DNA of 64,000 bases. Origin: an uncultured Acidobacteriota bacterium (GTDB taxonomy: Bacteria; Acidobacteriota; UBA6911). Position numbers and translations under genes: made by a program. Below are positions 21,121 through 31,065 of this stretch, piece by piece (positions within the stretch are counted from its first letter, which is position 1; each line of letters begins with the position of its first letter). Location of the stretch: NCBI GenBank assembly GCA_963843575.1, contig CAWJKZ010000024.1:416001-480000 (forward strand), read 5' to 3'. Below the pieces are notes generated by a model that was given only the letters and a program-made list of their open reading frames with translations, had not been told where the DNA came from and made no database searches.

Positions 21121-22500
21121 TCACTTGAGAAACAGCTCGACGACCGGGATCTCAACTGCGGGTTTCACCACCGGGAGCCTGAGAATCAGGTCGCCGGACG
21201 CCCCCTCTTCCCGGATCCAGGTTGAGTCCTTCCTCGTGCTCATCCTCAGTTCGGAAGCGTCGTGCAGGAGCTGCGCATATTTGACCTTGTCGGCGTACCC
21301 CTCGAGTGCGAGCTGCCCCATGGGCCAGTCGAGCAGGTGGACGTAGAGCCTCCGGGTCCCTGGATTGTAGGTGAGCAGGGAGTTTTCCGGCGCTTTGAAT
21401 CCGTCGGGTGCCTGGGTGCAGCCGTAGATGGAAGGGCTGTTCACCTGCATCCAGCGGCCCATCGCGCGCAACCGGTCCTGTGCCCGGTCGTCGAAGGTGC
21501 CGCGCGCCGTCGGCCCGACGTTGAGCAGCAGGTTGCCCCCCTTGCTCACCGTTTCGATGAGCAGCACCAGCAGCTGCTTCGCGTCCTTCCAGGTGGGCTC
21601 GTCGCGGTAGTAGCCCCAGGAGCCGGAGAACGTCTGGCAGGTCTCCCAGGGGACGCGCACCCCGTTCATGGTCACCCACTGGCGCGGCTTGAACTGCTCG
21701 GGCGTGCGGAAGTCCCAGCCGCCGTCCACGTCCAGCAGGTCGAGGCGGTCGTTGACTATGATGCCGGGCTGCAGCTCCCGCACCATCTTCAGCAGGTTCT
21801 CCGAATCCCAGTCCGCCCTCCCCTTGCCGTTTTTGCCGGCGAAGGAGAAATCCAGCCAGATGATGTCGATCTTGCCGTAATTGGTGAGCAACTCGCGAAC
21901 CTGGTCTTTCAGGTACTGGCGGTAGACCGCCATGTCGCGCCCCTGATTCAGGCTCGCGTACTCCTCGTCGGTTTTTGCGCTCTGAGGGTGATTGCTGTCG
22001 ACGGTGTAGCTGGGGTGATGCCAGTCGAGCAGCGAATAGTAGAATCCGACCCTGAGCCCTTCCTGGCGGAAAGCGTCGACCCAGGGGCGGATCAGGTCGC
22101 GCCGCGCAGGGGTGTTGGTGGCCTTGTAGTCGGTGAATTTGGAATCGAAAAGGCAGAAGCCCTCGTGATGTTTGCTCGTGATCACGGCGTACTTCATGCC
22201 GGCCGCCTTGGCCATCCTGGCCCATTCGTGCGGGTCGTACAGGTCGGGGTTAAAGAGATCGAAGTACTTCTGGTAGTCCTCGTTCGTCATCCGCTCGTAC
22301 TTCTTCACCCACTCGTGGCGCGCCGCCTGCGCATACAGCCCCCAGTGGATGAACATGCCGAAACGCGCCTCGGTCCACCACCGCATGCGCGTTTCCTTTT
22401 GCTGCGCCGTCTCCCTCGGCAGCTGGGCAAGCCCGCTCATCGAGAGCAGAAGCAGGCAGGTTGCGGCCAGCGCGGCTTTCGACAGACCGTGTCTCTTCAT
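21121..22500 (-). CDS. alpha-L-fucosidase (GH29)
   Basis: ARFGMFIHWGLY, AGMKYAVITSKHHEGFCLF, GFYYSLLDWHHP, IIWLDF, GGNLLLNVGP. Start placed at MKRHGLSK (signal peptide). Confidence 0.93.
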   Translation of the reverse strand: MKRHGLSKAALAATCLLLLSMSGLAQLPRETAQQKETRMRWWTEARFGMFIHWGLYAQAARHEWVKKYERMTNEDYQKYFDLFNPDLYDPHEWARMAKAAGMKYAVITSKHHEGFCLFDSKFTDYKATNTPARRDLIRPWVDAFRQEGLRVGFYYSLLDWHHPSYTVDSNHPQSAKTDEEYASLNQGRDMAVYRQYLKDQVRELLTNYGKIDIIWLDFSFAGKNGKGRADWDSENLLKMVRELQPGIIVNDRLDLLDVDGGWDFRTPEQFKPRQWVTMNGVRVPWETCQTFSGSWGYYRDEPTWKDAKQLLVLLIETVSKGGNLLLNVGPTARGTFDDRAQDRLRAMGRWMQVNSPSIYGCTQAPDGFKAPENSLLTYNPGTRRLYVHLLDWPMGQLALEGYADKVKYAQLLHDASELRMSTRKDSTWIREEGASGDLILRLPVVKPAVEIPVVELFLK

Positions 22501-22626
22501 ATATTGTCCTCGCAAGACAATGGCCCCAGGTTGATATTGGATCGATCTCGTTCGCAAGGGCAATCCTAATGCCCGTCGAGCATCTACCGTCAGCTTTTTT
22601 TCGCTGGGTCGGCCGCTGGGTTCCCC

Positions 22627-23805
22627 TCAGGAGGGTTCGGCTCGGTTTGCGGATCCTGCCCGTTTCGTCACCATGAGCAGGTCGAGCGGGTCGGGGAGGC
22701 TGGGAAACAGGGACCGGTACTTCAGCGACACCCTGTTGTATGCGCAGATGAAATCCGGTACCCGGTGCGGGTCCGAGTTTGCCGGGTCGCAGGCAATCGA
22801 TGCGGGGCACACCGAGCAGGCGCGACTGTAGCTGCACTCGGCGCACCTGCCGTAGGAGGAGTACCGCTCCTCGAGGTCACGGAACAAGGCCGTATCTGCT
22901 ATCGTCTTCAGGTAGTCGGAATGACGTTGCCGTAGCCGGGAATCACGAAAATCCCCCAGCTTGAGCGGTGCGAGTGCCTGGTTGAGCAGGTCGGAAGAAA
23001 ATTCCCGGTAGGATTCGGCGAACAGCACGCAACCGTACGCCTGGCCGTCCACGTCGATGACGAGGTTGCTCCCGGCGACAGCGCTGCACGGTTCGCGGGT
23101 CTCCCTGCCCCCGGCGTGCTTGCGGAAAAGTGCGACCGGCACCGTGCCCGTTTCTCGCAGGCAGCGCAGGCTGTCCGCATATACCCCGGCGAACTGGTCG
23201 TCGAGGGCCGCGACATCCCCGACTTTCCACTCGGGCCACGGGCGCATCGCCGGGAACAGGATGAGGTGGCAGACTCCTTTCTCCATGAAGTACCGGACGG
23301 ATTCTGAAAGGTACCGCACCGTGGCGGGGGTCTGGATCGCACTGATGCGCAGTCTCCGGCTGAAGAGATCCGGGGTATTACGCCGCAACCGGTCCAGGAG
23401 AGAGTCCAGCGCATCGAACGACGCCTGTTGCCGGTAATCCTGCGCTGAGGCGACGCCGTCGAAGCTCAGTTGAACCTGGAATCGATGGTCGTCGAGAAAA
23501 CGGGCGATTTCATCGGTGATCAGCAGCCCATTTGTACTGATTTCGTAATCGACCTTCCGGTCTGGGGGCAATCGGGAAGCCGCGTACCCGACTGATTCGA
23601 GGATCGAGTCCCACTGCAGCAGCGGTTCGCCGCCTGTGAAGTGGATCCTGATGTTCTCGGTGCCCCGGGCGATGGCGAAATCCACCGCCGCCCTGAGCGT
23701 GTCCGATGCCGTGTCGATGTGCTTCCGGGCAGTCTGGTAGCAGTACCTGCAGCTCAGGTTGCACTCGGTCGTGAGGATGAGGGTAAAGGAACTGAAACCG
23801 ACCAC
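22627..23805 (-). CDS. radical SAM enzyme with C-terminal SPASM domain (peptide-maturase-like)
   Basis: CNLSCRYC (CxxxCxxC), FTGGEPLL, STNGLL, LSFDG. SPASM Cys pattern: C...DGQAYGC...CAECSYSRACSVC...C. Confidence 0.92.
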   Translation of the reverse strand: MVGFSSFTLILTTECNLSCRYCYQTARKHIDTASDTLRAAVDFAIARGTENIRIHFTGGEPLLQWDSILESVGYAASRLPPDRKVDYEISTNGLLITDEIARFLDDHRFQVQLSFDGVASAQDYRQQASFDALDSLLDRLRRNTPDLFSRRLRISAIQTPATVRYLSESVRYFMEKGVCHLILFPAMRPWPEWKVGDVAALDDQFAGVYADSLRCLRETGTVPVALFRKHAGGRETREPCSAVAGSNLVIDVDGQAYGCVLFAESYREFSSDLLNQALAPLKLGDFRDSRLRQRHSDYLKTIADTALFRDLEERYSSYGRCAECSYSRACSVCPASIACDPANSDPHRVPDFICAYNRVSLKYRSLFPSLPDPLDLLMVTKRAGSANRAEPS

Positions 23806-23818
23806 AACAGCCCTGTAA

Positions 23819-24052
23819 TCAGCGGCAGGGTCCCACAGGTGGAATCCGATTCTTCATCAAGTAAGTTTCCGAAACAAAGCCGATGACCTGCTCGTCCGGC
23901 TGGGTCAGGGTCAGCGAATTCCTGAACTCGCGTATGACGCCGCGGGTGTAGCAGAGCTGGTCGAGGTTCTGATCATAAAGCGCATTTTCTATGTTTTCCA
24001 GCATCTGTCGCAGGTGACCGATTGTAACGTCCTGTCCTTCGGTGACTGACAT
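23819..24052 (-). CDS. 77-aa peptide, candidate radical SAM substrate (precursor)
   Basis: Strong RBS AAAGGAG 7 nt before the ATG. Lies 13 nt from the kinase stop and 13 nt from the rSAM start. Helical N-terminal part and C-terminal tail PPVGPCR. Confidence 0.8.
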   Translation of the reverse strand: MSVTEGQDVTIGHLRQMLENIENALYDQNLDQLCYTRGVIREFRNSLTLTQPDEQVIGFVSETYLMKNRIPPVGPCR

Positions 24053-24065
24053 GGTTGTTCTCCTT

Positions 24066-26888
24066 TCAGAACACGCCCTTAGTCGCCTTCAACATCCAAA
24101 TCTGTCCGGCCGTTTCCTCGTTCGAAAACACGAGCCACTTTCCATCCCTGGATAAATCGAATAGCCCGCTGGATTGGGCTCCTCCAAACTCGATCTCCGG
24201 CGCGAACGGGGCCGCAACGCCGGAGGCCGAGACCGTGCGCAAGGTAACTCGTTTCTCGCCCCACGAACCGCTGACCAGGAGATCGCCCGTGAGCGCGTCC
24301 CAGCGGACGAACTTTGCGTTCGCCCCCCGGGTGCACTGTTGGATCGCCCCGCCTCCGTCGGCCGAAACGAGCGCCACGTCGGTGCCGCCGGTGTTCCCGT
24401 CGACGAAAGCGAGCCGCTTGCCGTCCGGTGACCACACCGGGCCATAGGCCATCGCGGATCCGGCCGCGACGCGCTGCCGGGCCCCTAATTGCCCCGGATC
24501 GCCCCTCTCGACGGCTTCTCTGACCCGCACCGTGACTATTTCAGAACCGGTGCCCGTCAGTGACACGAAGGCGAGCATGGAGCCGTCCGGCGACCAGGAG
24601 GGCGTGTGGCTTTGGGGTGGGCAGACCGGCAGCACGCGCCCGCTCGAGGAGGAAACCACCAGGACCTCGCGCTTGTTGCCTGTCAGCCGATAGCAGGCGA
24701 TCCACTGTCCGTCGGGTGACAGTGCCGGGTGTTGCAGGTTTCCCTGCCGCTCCGTGATGGGAGTGGGGTCCCCGTGGGGGATTCCGTCCTTCAGCGGTTC
24801 CGCCCAGAGGTCGCCTTCCGTGCCCGAGAGCTTCGGGGTGAACACAACGGACGAGCCGTCCGCGGCAATCGCGGGGAGCGACAGCGCCCACTGATTGACC
24901 GGCAGTGACGCCATCGCACGCGAGAGCCTGTTGAGGAGCAGGAGTTTCGCCCGGGAGTTGATGGTTGCGTACACGAGCCGCTTGCCATCCTTGGACAGGC
25001 TGGGGTGACGCTCCTCGGGCACGCCGTCGGTGACACGGAAGGGCGCTCCCCCGTTTGCCGCGACGCACCATATCGCACACCTGCCGCCCATCAGGCCGCA
25101 GTAGTAGATCCGTTCCCCGTCCGAGGACCAGGCCGGATCATACTTGTGGGTCCCGTCGCTGGTGATGCGCACCCGTCTGGCGCCGCCGGCCCATTCCGAC
25201 GTCCAGAGGTCCTGGTTTTCCACGTAGCAGACCCTTCGGCCGTCGGGCGACCATGCCGGCCGGCCCGTGTCTGTCATGAGCCCGCTCAGGGCTGTGGCCG
25301 ACGACGGGTTTCCGAGGGGTGCCACCGCGACGCGGTAGCCGTTCGGCAGGATCTGGGTGTAGGCGATGTGCAGATTGTCCGGCGATATGGCCGGCTCGAC
25401 CGCGTCTGATATCAGGAGGGTCGAGCCGCCGCCGAGCAGCCTGATTTTGCGGATCTCCGGCCTCCCCTCGGTCCGGGATGAATAGGCGATATTGGATCCG
25501 TCCGGGAACCAGGCAGGATCCGTGTCCTCCGCAGGACTTTCCGTGATGTTCCGGCGGGTGGTGCCGTCCAAGTCGGTCACGTAGATCTCGGAATTCCCTG
25601 AGGCGTTTGATGAAAACGCGATCCAGTTGCCGTCGGGTGCAATATCCGGCTGGCCTTCGACGGCAGTGCTGGCGGTTACGGGCGCGACTTCAAAACTCGG
25701 GACAGGCGGCACCGTGCGGCGTGACCATTGCCAGAGCACCCCGGCGGTAATCAGCAGGCAGGCGAGGATCGCGACCCCCGCGAATCCGGGCTTGATCAGG
25801 CCGGCAAACGAGAGGCTTTTCCATTTCGGCCCAAGGGCAATGAGGCGTTGCTCGCGTATCTCCTCGAGTTCGACCTTCACGTCCGCCATCGTCTGGAAGC
25901 GGCGCGCCGGATCCTTGCGCAGGCAGCGATCGACCACTCCGCGCAACGGGTCGGGCACGCCCCTCTGGAGCGGAGCCGGCTCCTCCTTGATGATTGCCGC
26001 CAGGGTCGAAATGAAGTGCTCTCCTTTGAACGGGCGCCGGCCGGACAGCATCTCGTAGAGCATCGACCCGAAGCTGAAGATGTCCGACCGGCAGTCGAGC
26101 GGCTGGCCCTGCGCCTGCTCCGGCGACATGTACGCCGCCGTGCCGAATACCTTTCCTTCCAGCGTCGAAGATTCCTCGTGCCCTGTCCTCGCGGTCGCGG
26201 CGGCCCCGGACGGAACCCGCGCGAGGCCGAAGTCGAGCACCTTGACGAAGCCGGCAGCGGTGATCATGACGTTGGAGGGTTTCAAGTCCCGGTGAACGAT
26301 CCCTTTTGCGTGGGCGTGAGTGAGCGCGTCCGCAACCTGGACCGCGTACTTCAGCGCGTCGTCGAGCGGCAGGCCGTTCGGGCCGATCACCCGGTCCAAC
26401 CGCTTTCCGTCGACCCACTCCATCGCGATAAAGTCGAAGTTCTCCGATCTGTCCACGTCGTAAACGGTGAGGATATTGGGGTGGCTGATCTGGGCGAGCG
26501 CGCGCGCTTCCTTCAGGAAACGCCGCCGGCCGTCGTCGCTGCCAAGCGTCCCGGGCGCGAGGATTTTGATCGCAACCTCGCGCTGGAGCTTTTCATCGCG
26601 GGCGCGGTAGACGACACCCATGCCACCCCGTCCCTCCAGGGCCTCGATCATGTACGACGAAAACCTCGACCCTGGCGCAAGACCACCGCGGTGCCCGGCA
26701 GAGCCCGCCGCCCTCTCCGTCGTCCCGGCCATCGCGGAAGCGTCCTGTAAGAGGTGCGATTTGACTTCCCGCCGCAGCTCGGCGTCGCCGGCACAGGCTT
26801 CGTCCACGAAGGCGTCGACCTTGCCGGTAGGGAGGGTGCGTGCTTTGTCGACGATGCCCGAAATCCGGTTGTAGCGTTCAGGGTCCAT
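24066..26888 (-). CDS. membrane Ser/Thr protein kinase with extracytoplasmic PD40/TolB-like propellers
   Basis: GRGGMG, VAIK, HRDLKPSN, DFG, YMSPEQ, SDIFSFG. One TM helix (FAGVAILACLLITAGVLW). About 12 PD40-like repeats. Confidence 0.95.
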   Translation of the reverse strand: MDPERYNRISGIVDKARTLPTGKVDAFVDEACAGDAELRREVKSHLLQDASAMAGTTERAAGSAGHRGGLAPGSRFSSYMIEALEGRGGMGVVYRARDEKLQREVAIKILAPGTLGSDDGRRRFLKEARALAQISHPNILTVYDVDRSENFDFIAMEWVDGKRLDRVIGPNGLPLDDALKYAVQVADALTHAHAKGIVHRDLKPSNVMITAAGFVKVLDFGLARVPSGAAATARTGHEESSTLEGKVFGTAAYMSPEQAQGQPLDCRSDIFSFGSMLYEMLSGRRPFKGEHFISTLAAIIKEEPAPLQRGVPDPLRGVVDRCLRKDPARRFQTMADVKVELEEIREQRLIALGPKWKSLSFAGLIKPGFAGVAILACLLITAGVLWQWSRRTVPPVPSFEVAPVTASTAVEGQPDIAPDGNWIAFSSNASGNSEIYVTDLDGTTRRNITESPAEDTDPAWFPDGSNIAYSSRTEGRPEIRKIRLLGGGSTLLISDAVEPAISPDNLHIAYTQILPNGYRVAVAPLGNPSSATALSGLMTDTGRPAWSPDGRRVCYVENQDLWTSEWAGGARRVRITSDGTHKYDPAWSSDGERIYYCGLMGGRCAIWCVAANGGAPFRVTDGVPEERHPSLSKDGKRLVYATINSRAKLLLLNRLSRAMASLPVNQWALSLPAIAADGSSVVFTPKLSGTEGDLWAEPLKDGIPHGDPTPITERQGNLQHPALSPDGQWIACYRLTGNKREVLVVSSSSGRVLPVCPPQSHTPSWSPDGSMLAFVSLTGTGSEIVTVRVREAVERGDPGQLGARQRVAAGSAMAYGPVWSPDGKRLAFVDGNTGGTDVALVSADGGGAIQQCTRGANAKFVRWDALTGDLLVSGSWGEKRVTLRTVSASGVAAPFAPEIEFGGAQSSGLFDLSRDGKWLVFSNEETAGQIWMLKATKGVF

Positions 26889-27185
26889 TGGTGGACCCCC
26901 GGTAAGGTGCGACAGTGGGTTTTCAGGGGTCCGCGTTTAAGCCAAGGAGCGACGCGGAATTGCCCTAATATAGCACCAGGACGCGTGCCGGGCTACAACG
27001 AAGTCCACGCAGATCCGTTGGCTGAGCGTGCGGCCGCTTCCCTGCGTGGCCGGCCTCGGGCGCCGTGAAACGGCGCCCCGCACGGTGTCCTCCGCGACCC
27101 TTCGCTTTCCAGGAGCCTCAGAGGTGAGTTCAACCCGGCGGTGATCGGTGTTCACCCGCGTCTGTACCGGTCAATGATGGGAAGA

Positions 27186-27242
27186 GCAAAAGCAGAACGC
27201 GGATGTCTGCGGATTTGACGGGTTCCCGCGGCCTGTCACCAA
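27186..27242 (+). repeat. dispersed intergenic repeat, copy A
   Basis: gcaaaagcagaacgcggat...ggattt...cgcggcctgtcaccaa matches the reverse complement of 41991-42046. Confidence 0.7.
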
Positions 27243-27389
27243 TGCCTTTGTCTTTCATCCTGAGCCTTCAGCGTCGGTTCGCCCATGGTATGTTCCTTTC
27301 GTGGCCATCCCGTCCAAAATACAGCCTGCGCCGGCCGGCGGCGTGGCCGGGGCCGTGGTATGCTTGCACGCATCACCTTGGGCGCGCGT

Positions 27390-28307
27390 ATGCCGGAATT
27401 GCCCGATATAACCGTCTATATCGAGTCACTGCAGTGCCGGATTGACGGTGATCGCCTGGAAGGATTTCGCCTGTCGAGCCCTTTCCTGGTGCGGACATTC
27501 GATCCCCCGATGGCATCGCTCGTCGGGCGCCGCACGGTAGGGATCCGGAGGATCGGCAAGCGGATCGTTTTCTGCTTCGAAGGCTCCCACTTTGTTGTGC
27601 TTCACCTGATGATCGCCGGCCGGCTCCACTGGAAAAAGTGCGGCGCCCGCCTGCCGGGGAGAGTCGGCCTGTGCGCATTCGACTTTTCCAGGGGCACCCT
27701 GATTCTCACTGAATCCGGCACGAAGAGGAGGGCATCCCTGCATCTCGTCCGAGGGGAATCCGATCTCGAGGCATTCGATCCGGGCGGCCTGGAGGTGCTC
27801 GATTCTGATTTCCTTTCCTTTGAAAAAGTCTTGAAGAGCAGCACGCACACGCTCAAACGCGCCCTGACGGATCCGCACCTGTTCAGCGGGATCGGCAATG
27901 CCTATTCCGATGAGATCCTGCACGCGGCGCGGCTTTCGCCGTTGCGGCTGACCACCCGGTTGTCGCTGGAAGAGGCGCAGCGCCTGCACGCGGCGACGCG
28001 CGAGGTTCTCGTCTCCTGGACCGAACGACTGCGGTCGGAATTGGGCGGGGATTTCCCGGAAAAAGTGACAGCCTTCCGCGAAGGGATGGCAGTGCACGGC
28101 AGGTACCGGCAGCCCTGCATGCTGTGCAACACGAAGATCCAGAGGATCGCCTACGCCGATAACGAAACCGACTACTGCCCCAGTTGTCAGACCGGCGGGA
28201 CGCTCCTGGCAGACCGGGGCATTTCCCGTTTGCTTCGCTCAGACTGGCCCCGCAGCCTCGAGGAGCTGGAAATGCACATGGATCGCCGTAGGGTGAAGGA
28301 GAAGTAA
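27390..28307 (+). CDS. Fpg/Nei family DNA glycosylase/AP lyase
   Basis: N-terminal MPELPD, RRIGKR, LHLMIAGRL, SGIGNAYSDEIL, zinc finger CMLC...YCPSCQ. Confidence 0.93.
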   Translation: MPELPDITVYIESLQCRIDGDRLEGFRLSSPFLVRTFDPPMASLVGRRTVGIRRIGKRIVFCFEGSHFVVLHLMIAGRLHWKKCGARLPGRVGLCAFDFSRGTLILTESGTKRRASLHLVRGESDLEAFDPGGLEVLDSDFLSFEKVLKSSTHTLKRALTDPHLFSGIGNAYSDEILHAARLSPLRLTTRLSLEEAQRLHAATREVLVSWTERLRSELGGDFPEKVTAFREGMAVHGRYRQPCMLCNTKIQRIAYADNETDYCPSCQTGGTLLADRGISRLLRSDWPRSLEELEMHMDRRRVKEK

Positions 28308-28328
28308 GCGAATTAGGGGAGCCAATGA

Positions 28329-28838
28329 ATGACTGAGCTCAAAACGGTCATGGACCTGTTCAGACACATGGAATGGGCGGATGCCGTCGTCTGGAGTGCC
28401 GCGCTTGCCTCCGGCGATTCCCGGTCCGATGAGAAATTACGGGCGAAGCTTCACCATCTTCATCTCGTGCAGCACGCGTTCCTGCGCGTCTGGCGCAACG
28501 AGCCGCTCGAAACGCCCTTCCCTGAGTTCAAGGATCTGACCTCTTTAGTCCTCTGGGTGCGCCACTACTACGCGGAGTTGTTCCCGTATATCGAGAGCCT
28601 GAGCGTCGAAAGGTTGTCCGCGCCGATGCCGATGCCCTGGGCGGGGCGGGTGGTGAAACGCCTCGGCCGTTCCCCGGGGATCACAACGGTTGGGGAAACC
28701 ATCCTACAGGTGGCCCTCCACAGCCAATATCACCGTGGGCAGGTCAACGCCCAGATCCGCACGATCGGCGCCGAACCTCCGCTGGTGGATTACATCGCCT
28801 GGATATGGTTGGGGCGTCCGGCAGCTTCCTGGCCGTAG
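28329..28838 (+). CDS. DinB family protein
   Basis: HMEWAD, LHHLHLVQ, HSQYHRGQV, PPLVDYI. Confidence 0.88.
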   Translation: MTELKTVMDLFRHMEWADAVVWSAALASGDSRSDEKLRAKLHHLHLVQHAFLRVWRNEPLETPFPEFKDLTSLVLWVRHYYAELFPYIESLSVERLSAPMPMPWAGRVVKRLGRSPGITTVGETILQVALHSQYHRGQVNAQIRTIGAEPPLVDYIAWIWLGRPAASWP

Positions 28839-28945
28839 GATCGGGCAACAGACTGTCCCGCTCGTGCTATCTGATTGCGCCGGAACCGGCGCCGTCTCGG
28901 GCCGGCGCGACTGCGAGCATGCCGACCCGGAAGCGTCTATCTTAA

Positions 28946-31054
28946 TCAACGGCGAACCCCGGCACGGTTACCGGTCTCGGGGTCGAAGACGGCGTTGCGC
29001 AGGAAATCCTCGCTGGACCACGGGGGGCCGCCACCACCGAGGTACTGCTGGAACCACTCGAGGTGGGCTGTGTAGTAGAGCGCCATTTCGTACCAGTTCG
29101 GCCAGTGGCCGGCGTTGGCATAGATGATCAGTCTAGAGGGGACGTTCATCTTCTGCAGTGCCGTGAAGAACTGGAGCGACTGGGTGTAGGGGATGCGGTA
29201 ATCCCGTTCGCCGGAGATTACGAGGCAGGGGGTCTTGAAGTTCTTGACGTAATTGTCGGGCGACCACTTTTCGTACAGCCCGGAATTCCAGGGCTGGCCT
29301 TTGAGGTCCCACTCGGGGAACCAGAGTTCCTCGGTTGCCCCGAAGAACGCCTTCAAGTTAAACAGGCCCATCATCGAGGCGAGCGCCTTGAAGCGGGTCG
29401 TGTGCCCCTCGAACCAGTTCATCATGTACCCGCCGTAGGACCAGCCCATCGCGCCCATCCTGTCGCGGTCGACATACGGGAGCTTCTCGAGGGCGTCGGT
29501 CACCTTCATCAGGTCCTCGAACACGCGGCCGCCCCAGTCGCCCGAGATCTGCGCGGTGAACTCCTGGCCGTAGCCGGTGGAGCCGTGCGGGTTTGGGAAA
29601 GCGACGACATATCCGGCGCCCGGGTAGATCTGCCAGTCGCCCCGAAAACCGTCCGTCCACTGCATCTGCGGGCCGCCGTGGACATTCAGGATCAGAGGGT
29701 ATTTTCGGCCCGCCTCGAACCCGTGCGGCTTGACGATGAACACCTGGATCCTGGTGCCGCCGGAGCCTTCAACCCACACCGACTCGGCCGGGCGCACGTC
29801 GACCTCGGCCGAGAGGGCGTCGTTAAAGCCGGTCAGGCGCGCCGGCGCCGAGGCTTTTCCTCCGGCCATCTCTGCCATGTAGAGTTCGACGGGCTCACCG
29901 GTGGAATGCCGGACATAGAGGATCCGGTCGATCCCGGCGGGCGCGAATTGGACTATGGTCTTGTCCCGAAGCACCTCCGAGATGCTCCCGGACGAGACGT
30001 CCAGTCGGTTGACCGTGGTCTGGCCCTCAAGCGGGCCGGAGAAGTAGACGCTCTTCGAATCCGCGGCCCACTCAAACTCCTCAACCCAGTTCTGGAAAGA
30101 CCCGGTGACGACGGAGGAAGATCCCTTCGCCACGTCGTAGAGCGCAAGGCGGAAGAGGTCGGACTCGTAGCCGGGGCTTGTCTGCATGCGGTAGGCGATG
30201 TACCTGCCGTCCGGTGAGTACTTCGGGCTTCCGTCGTAGGCCGGGTTCGACGCGGTTATGTTGCGCGGCAGCGCCGTCGGGTTTCCCAGCGGGATGAGCC
30301 AGAGATCGCCGTTCGTCGACGAAGCGGGATTCTTGTCGTGGTTCGAGACGAACACGAGCGTCGAACCGTCCGGAGAGAAGTCGTACTGGAGTGGCCCCCC
30401 AAGCTGGAACGGGGGCGAGTCGAAATCGCCGGGGGTGAGGTCCCGCACCGCGCCCGTGTCGACGTCGGCCACCAGAATGTGGGTGCGGGTGCCGTCCTTC
30501 CATTCAGTCCAGTGTCGGTAAAGCAGGCTGTTCGCCGTGTGCGCCTTGATCGCCCCTTTGTCCCGGCGCTCGGCGATCTTCTTGTTGCAGCCGTCGTCGG
30601 CGCCGCATTCGGGGTAGACGTCCGAAGAGAACACGATCGATTTCCCGTCCGGCGACCAGATCGGTTCGGAAACACCCGTCGAGACGTGGGTGAGCTGCTT
30701 CGCCTCCCCACCGGCGGCGCGGAGCAGGTAGAGATTCGCGTCGCCATCCCGCGCACTGATGAAGGATATCCACCCGCCGTCGGGCGAGTAGAGCGGGGCG
30801 CTTTCGCCTTTGCCATAGGTCAACTGGCGCGTGGTGCGGCTGCCGAGGTCCATGTGCCAGACGTGGCCGGCGCGCCTGGCGCGCCCCAGGTCGGATATCG
30901 TGACCGTAAAAAGCGCCGACCTTGCGTCGGGCGAGACCGCGACTTCCGAGATCCCCTTAACGCGGTAAAGGTCCTCGATCGTGAATGCCCGTTTCTCCGC
31001 ACAGACCGAACTCACCTGCACCAGCACCCAAATCGCCACCAAACACACTCTCAT
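28946..31054 (-). CDS. S9 family (dipeptidyl/acylaminoacyl) peptidase with PD40 propeller
   Basis: Signal peptide MRVCLVAIW; VHGGPQ; GWSYGG nucleophile; GERDYR; AGHW. Confidence 0.93.
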   Translation of the reverse strand: MRVCLVAIWVLVQVSSVCAEKRAFTIEDLYRVKGISEVAVSPDARSALFTVTISDLGRARRAGHVWHMDLGSRTTRQLTYGKGESAPLYSPDGGWISFISARDGDANLYLLRAAGGEAKQLTHVSTGVSEPIWSPDGKSIVFSSDVYPECGADDGCNKKIAERRDKGAIKAHTANSLLYRHWTEWKDGTRTHILVADVDTGAVRDLTPGDFDSPPFQLGGPLQYDFSPDGSTLVFVSNHDKNPASSTNGDLWLIPLGNPTALPRNITASNPAYDGSPKYSPDGRYIAYRMQTSPGYESDLFRLALYDVAKGSSSVVTGSFQNWVEEFEWAADSKSVYFSGPLEGQTTVNRLDVSSGSISEVLRDKTIVQFAPAGIDRILYVRHSTGEPVELYMAEMAGGKASAPARLTGFNDALSAEVDVRPAESVWVEGSGGTRIQVFIVKPHGFEAGRKYPLILNVHGGPQMQWTDGFRGDWQIYPGAGYVVAFPNPHGSTGYGQEFTAQISGDWGGRVFEDLMKVTDALEKLPYVDRDRMGAMGWSYGGYMMNWFEGHTTRFKALASMMGLFNLKAFFGATEELWFPEWDLKGQPWNSGLYEKWSPDNYVKNFKTPCLVISGERDYRIPYTQSLQFFTALQKMNVPSRLIIYANAGHWPNWYEMALYYTAHLEWFQQYLGGGGPPWSSEDFLRNAVFDPETGNRAGVRR

Positions 31055-31065
31055 AACCACCTCGG

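Noticed and set aside
22570-22626. Possible terminator after the radical SAM gene
   Set aside because: The T-run is on the plus strand, the wrong orientation for this gene, and there is no convincing stem.
22627-23805. Radical SAM enzyme as an anaerobic sulfatase maturase or cofactor-biosynthesis enzyme
   Set aside because: No sulfatase, pqq, mft or heme-biosynthesis genes are in the window, and the tight linkage is to a small peptide. An in-trans target is not fully excluded.
27390-28838. Fpg/Nei plus DinB as a DNA-damage or defence system
   Set aside because: DinB here is the four-helix metal-binding family, not polymerase IV. Both genes are common, and nothing suggests a dedicated system.
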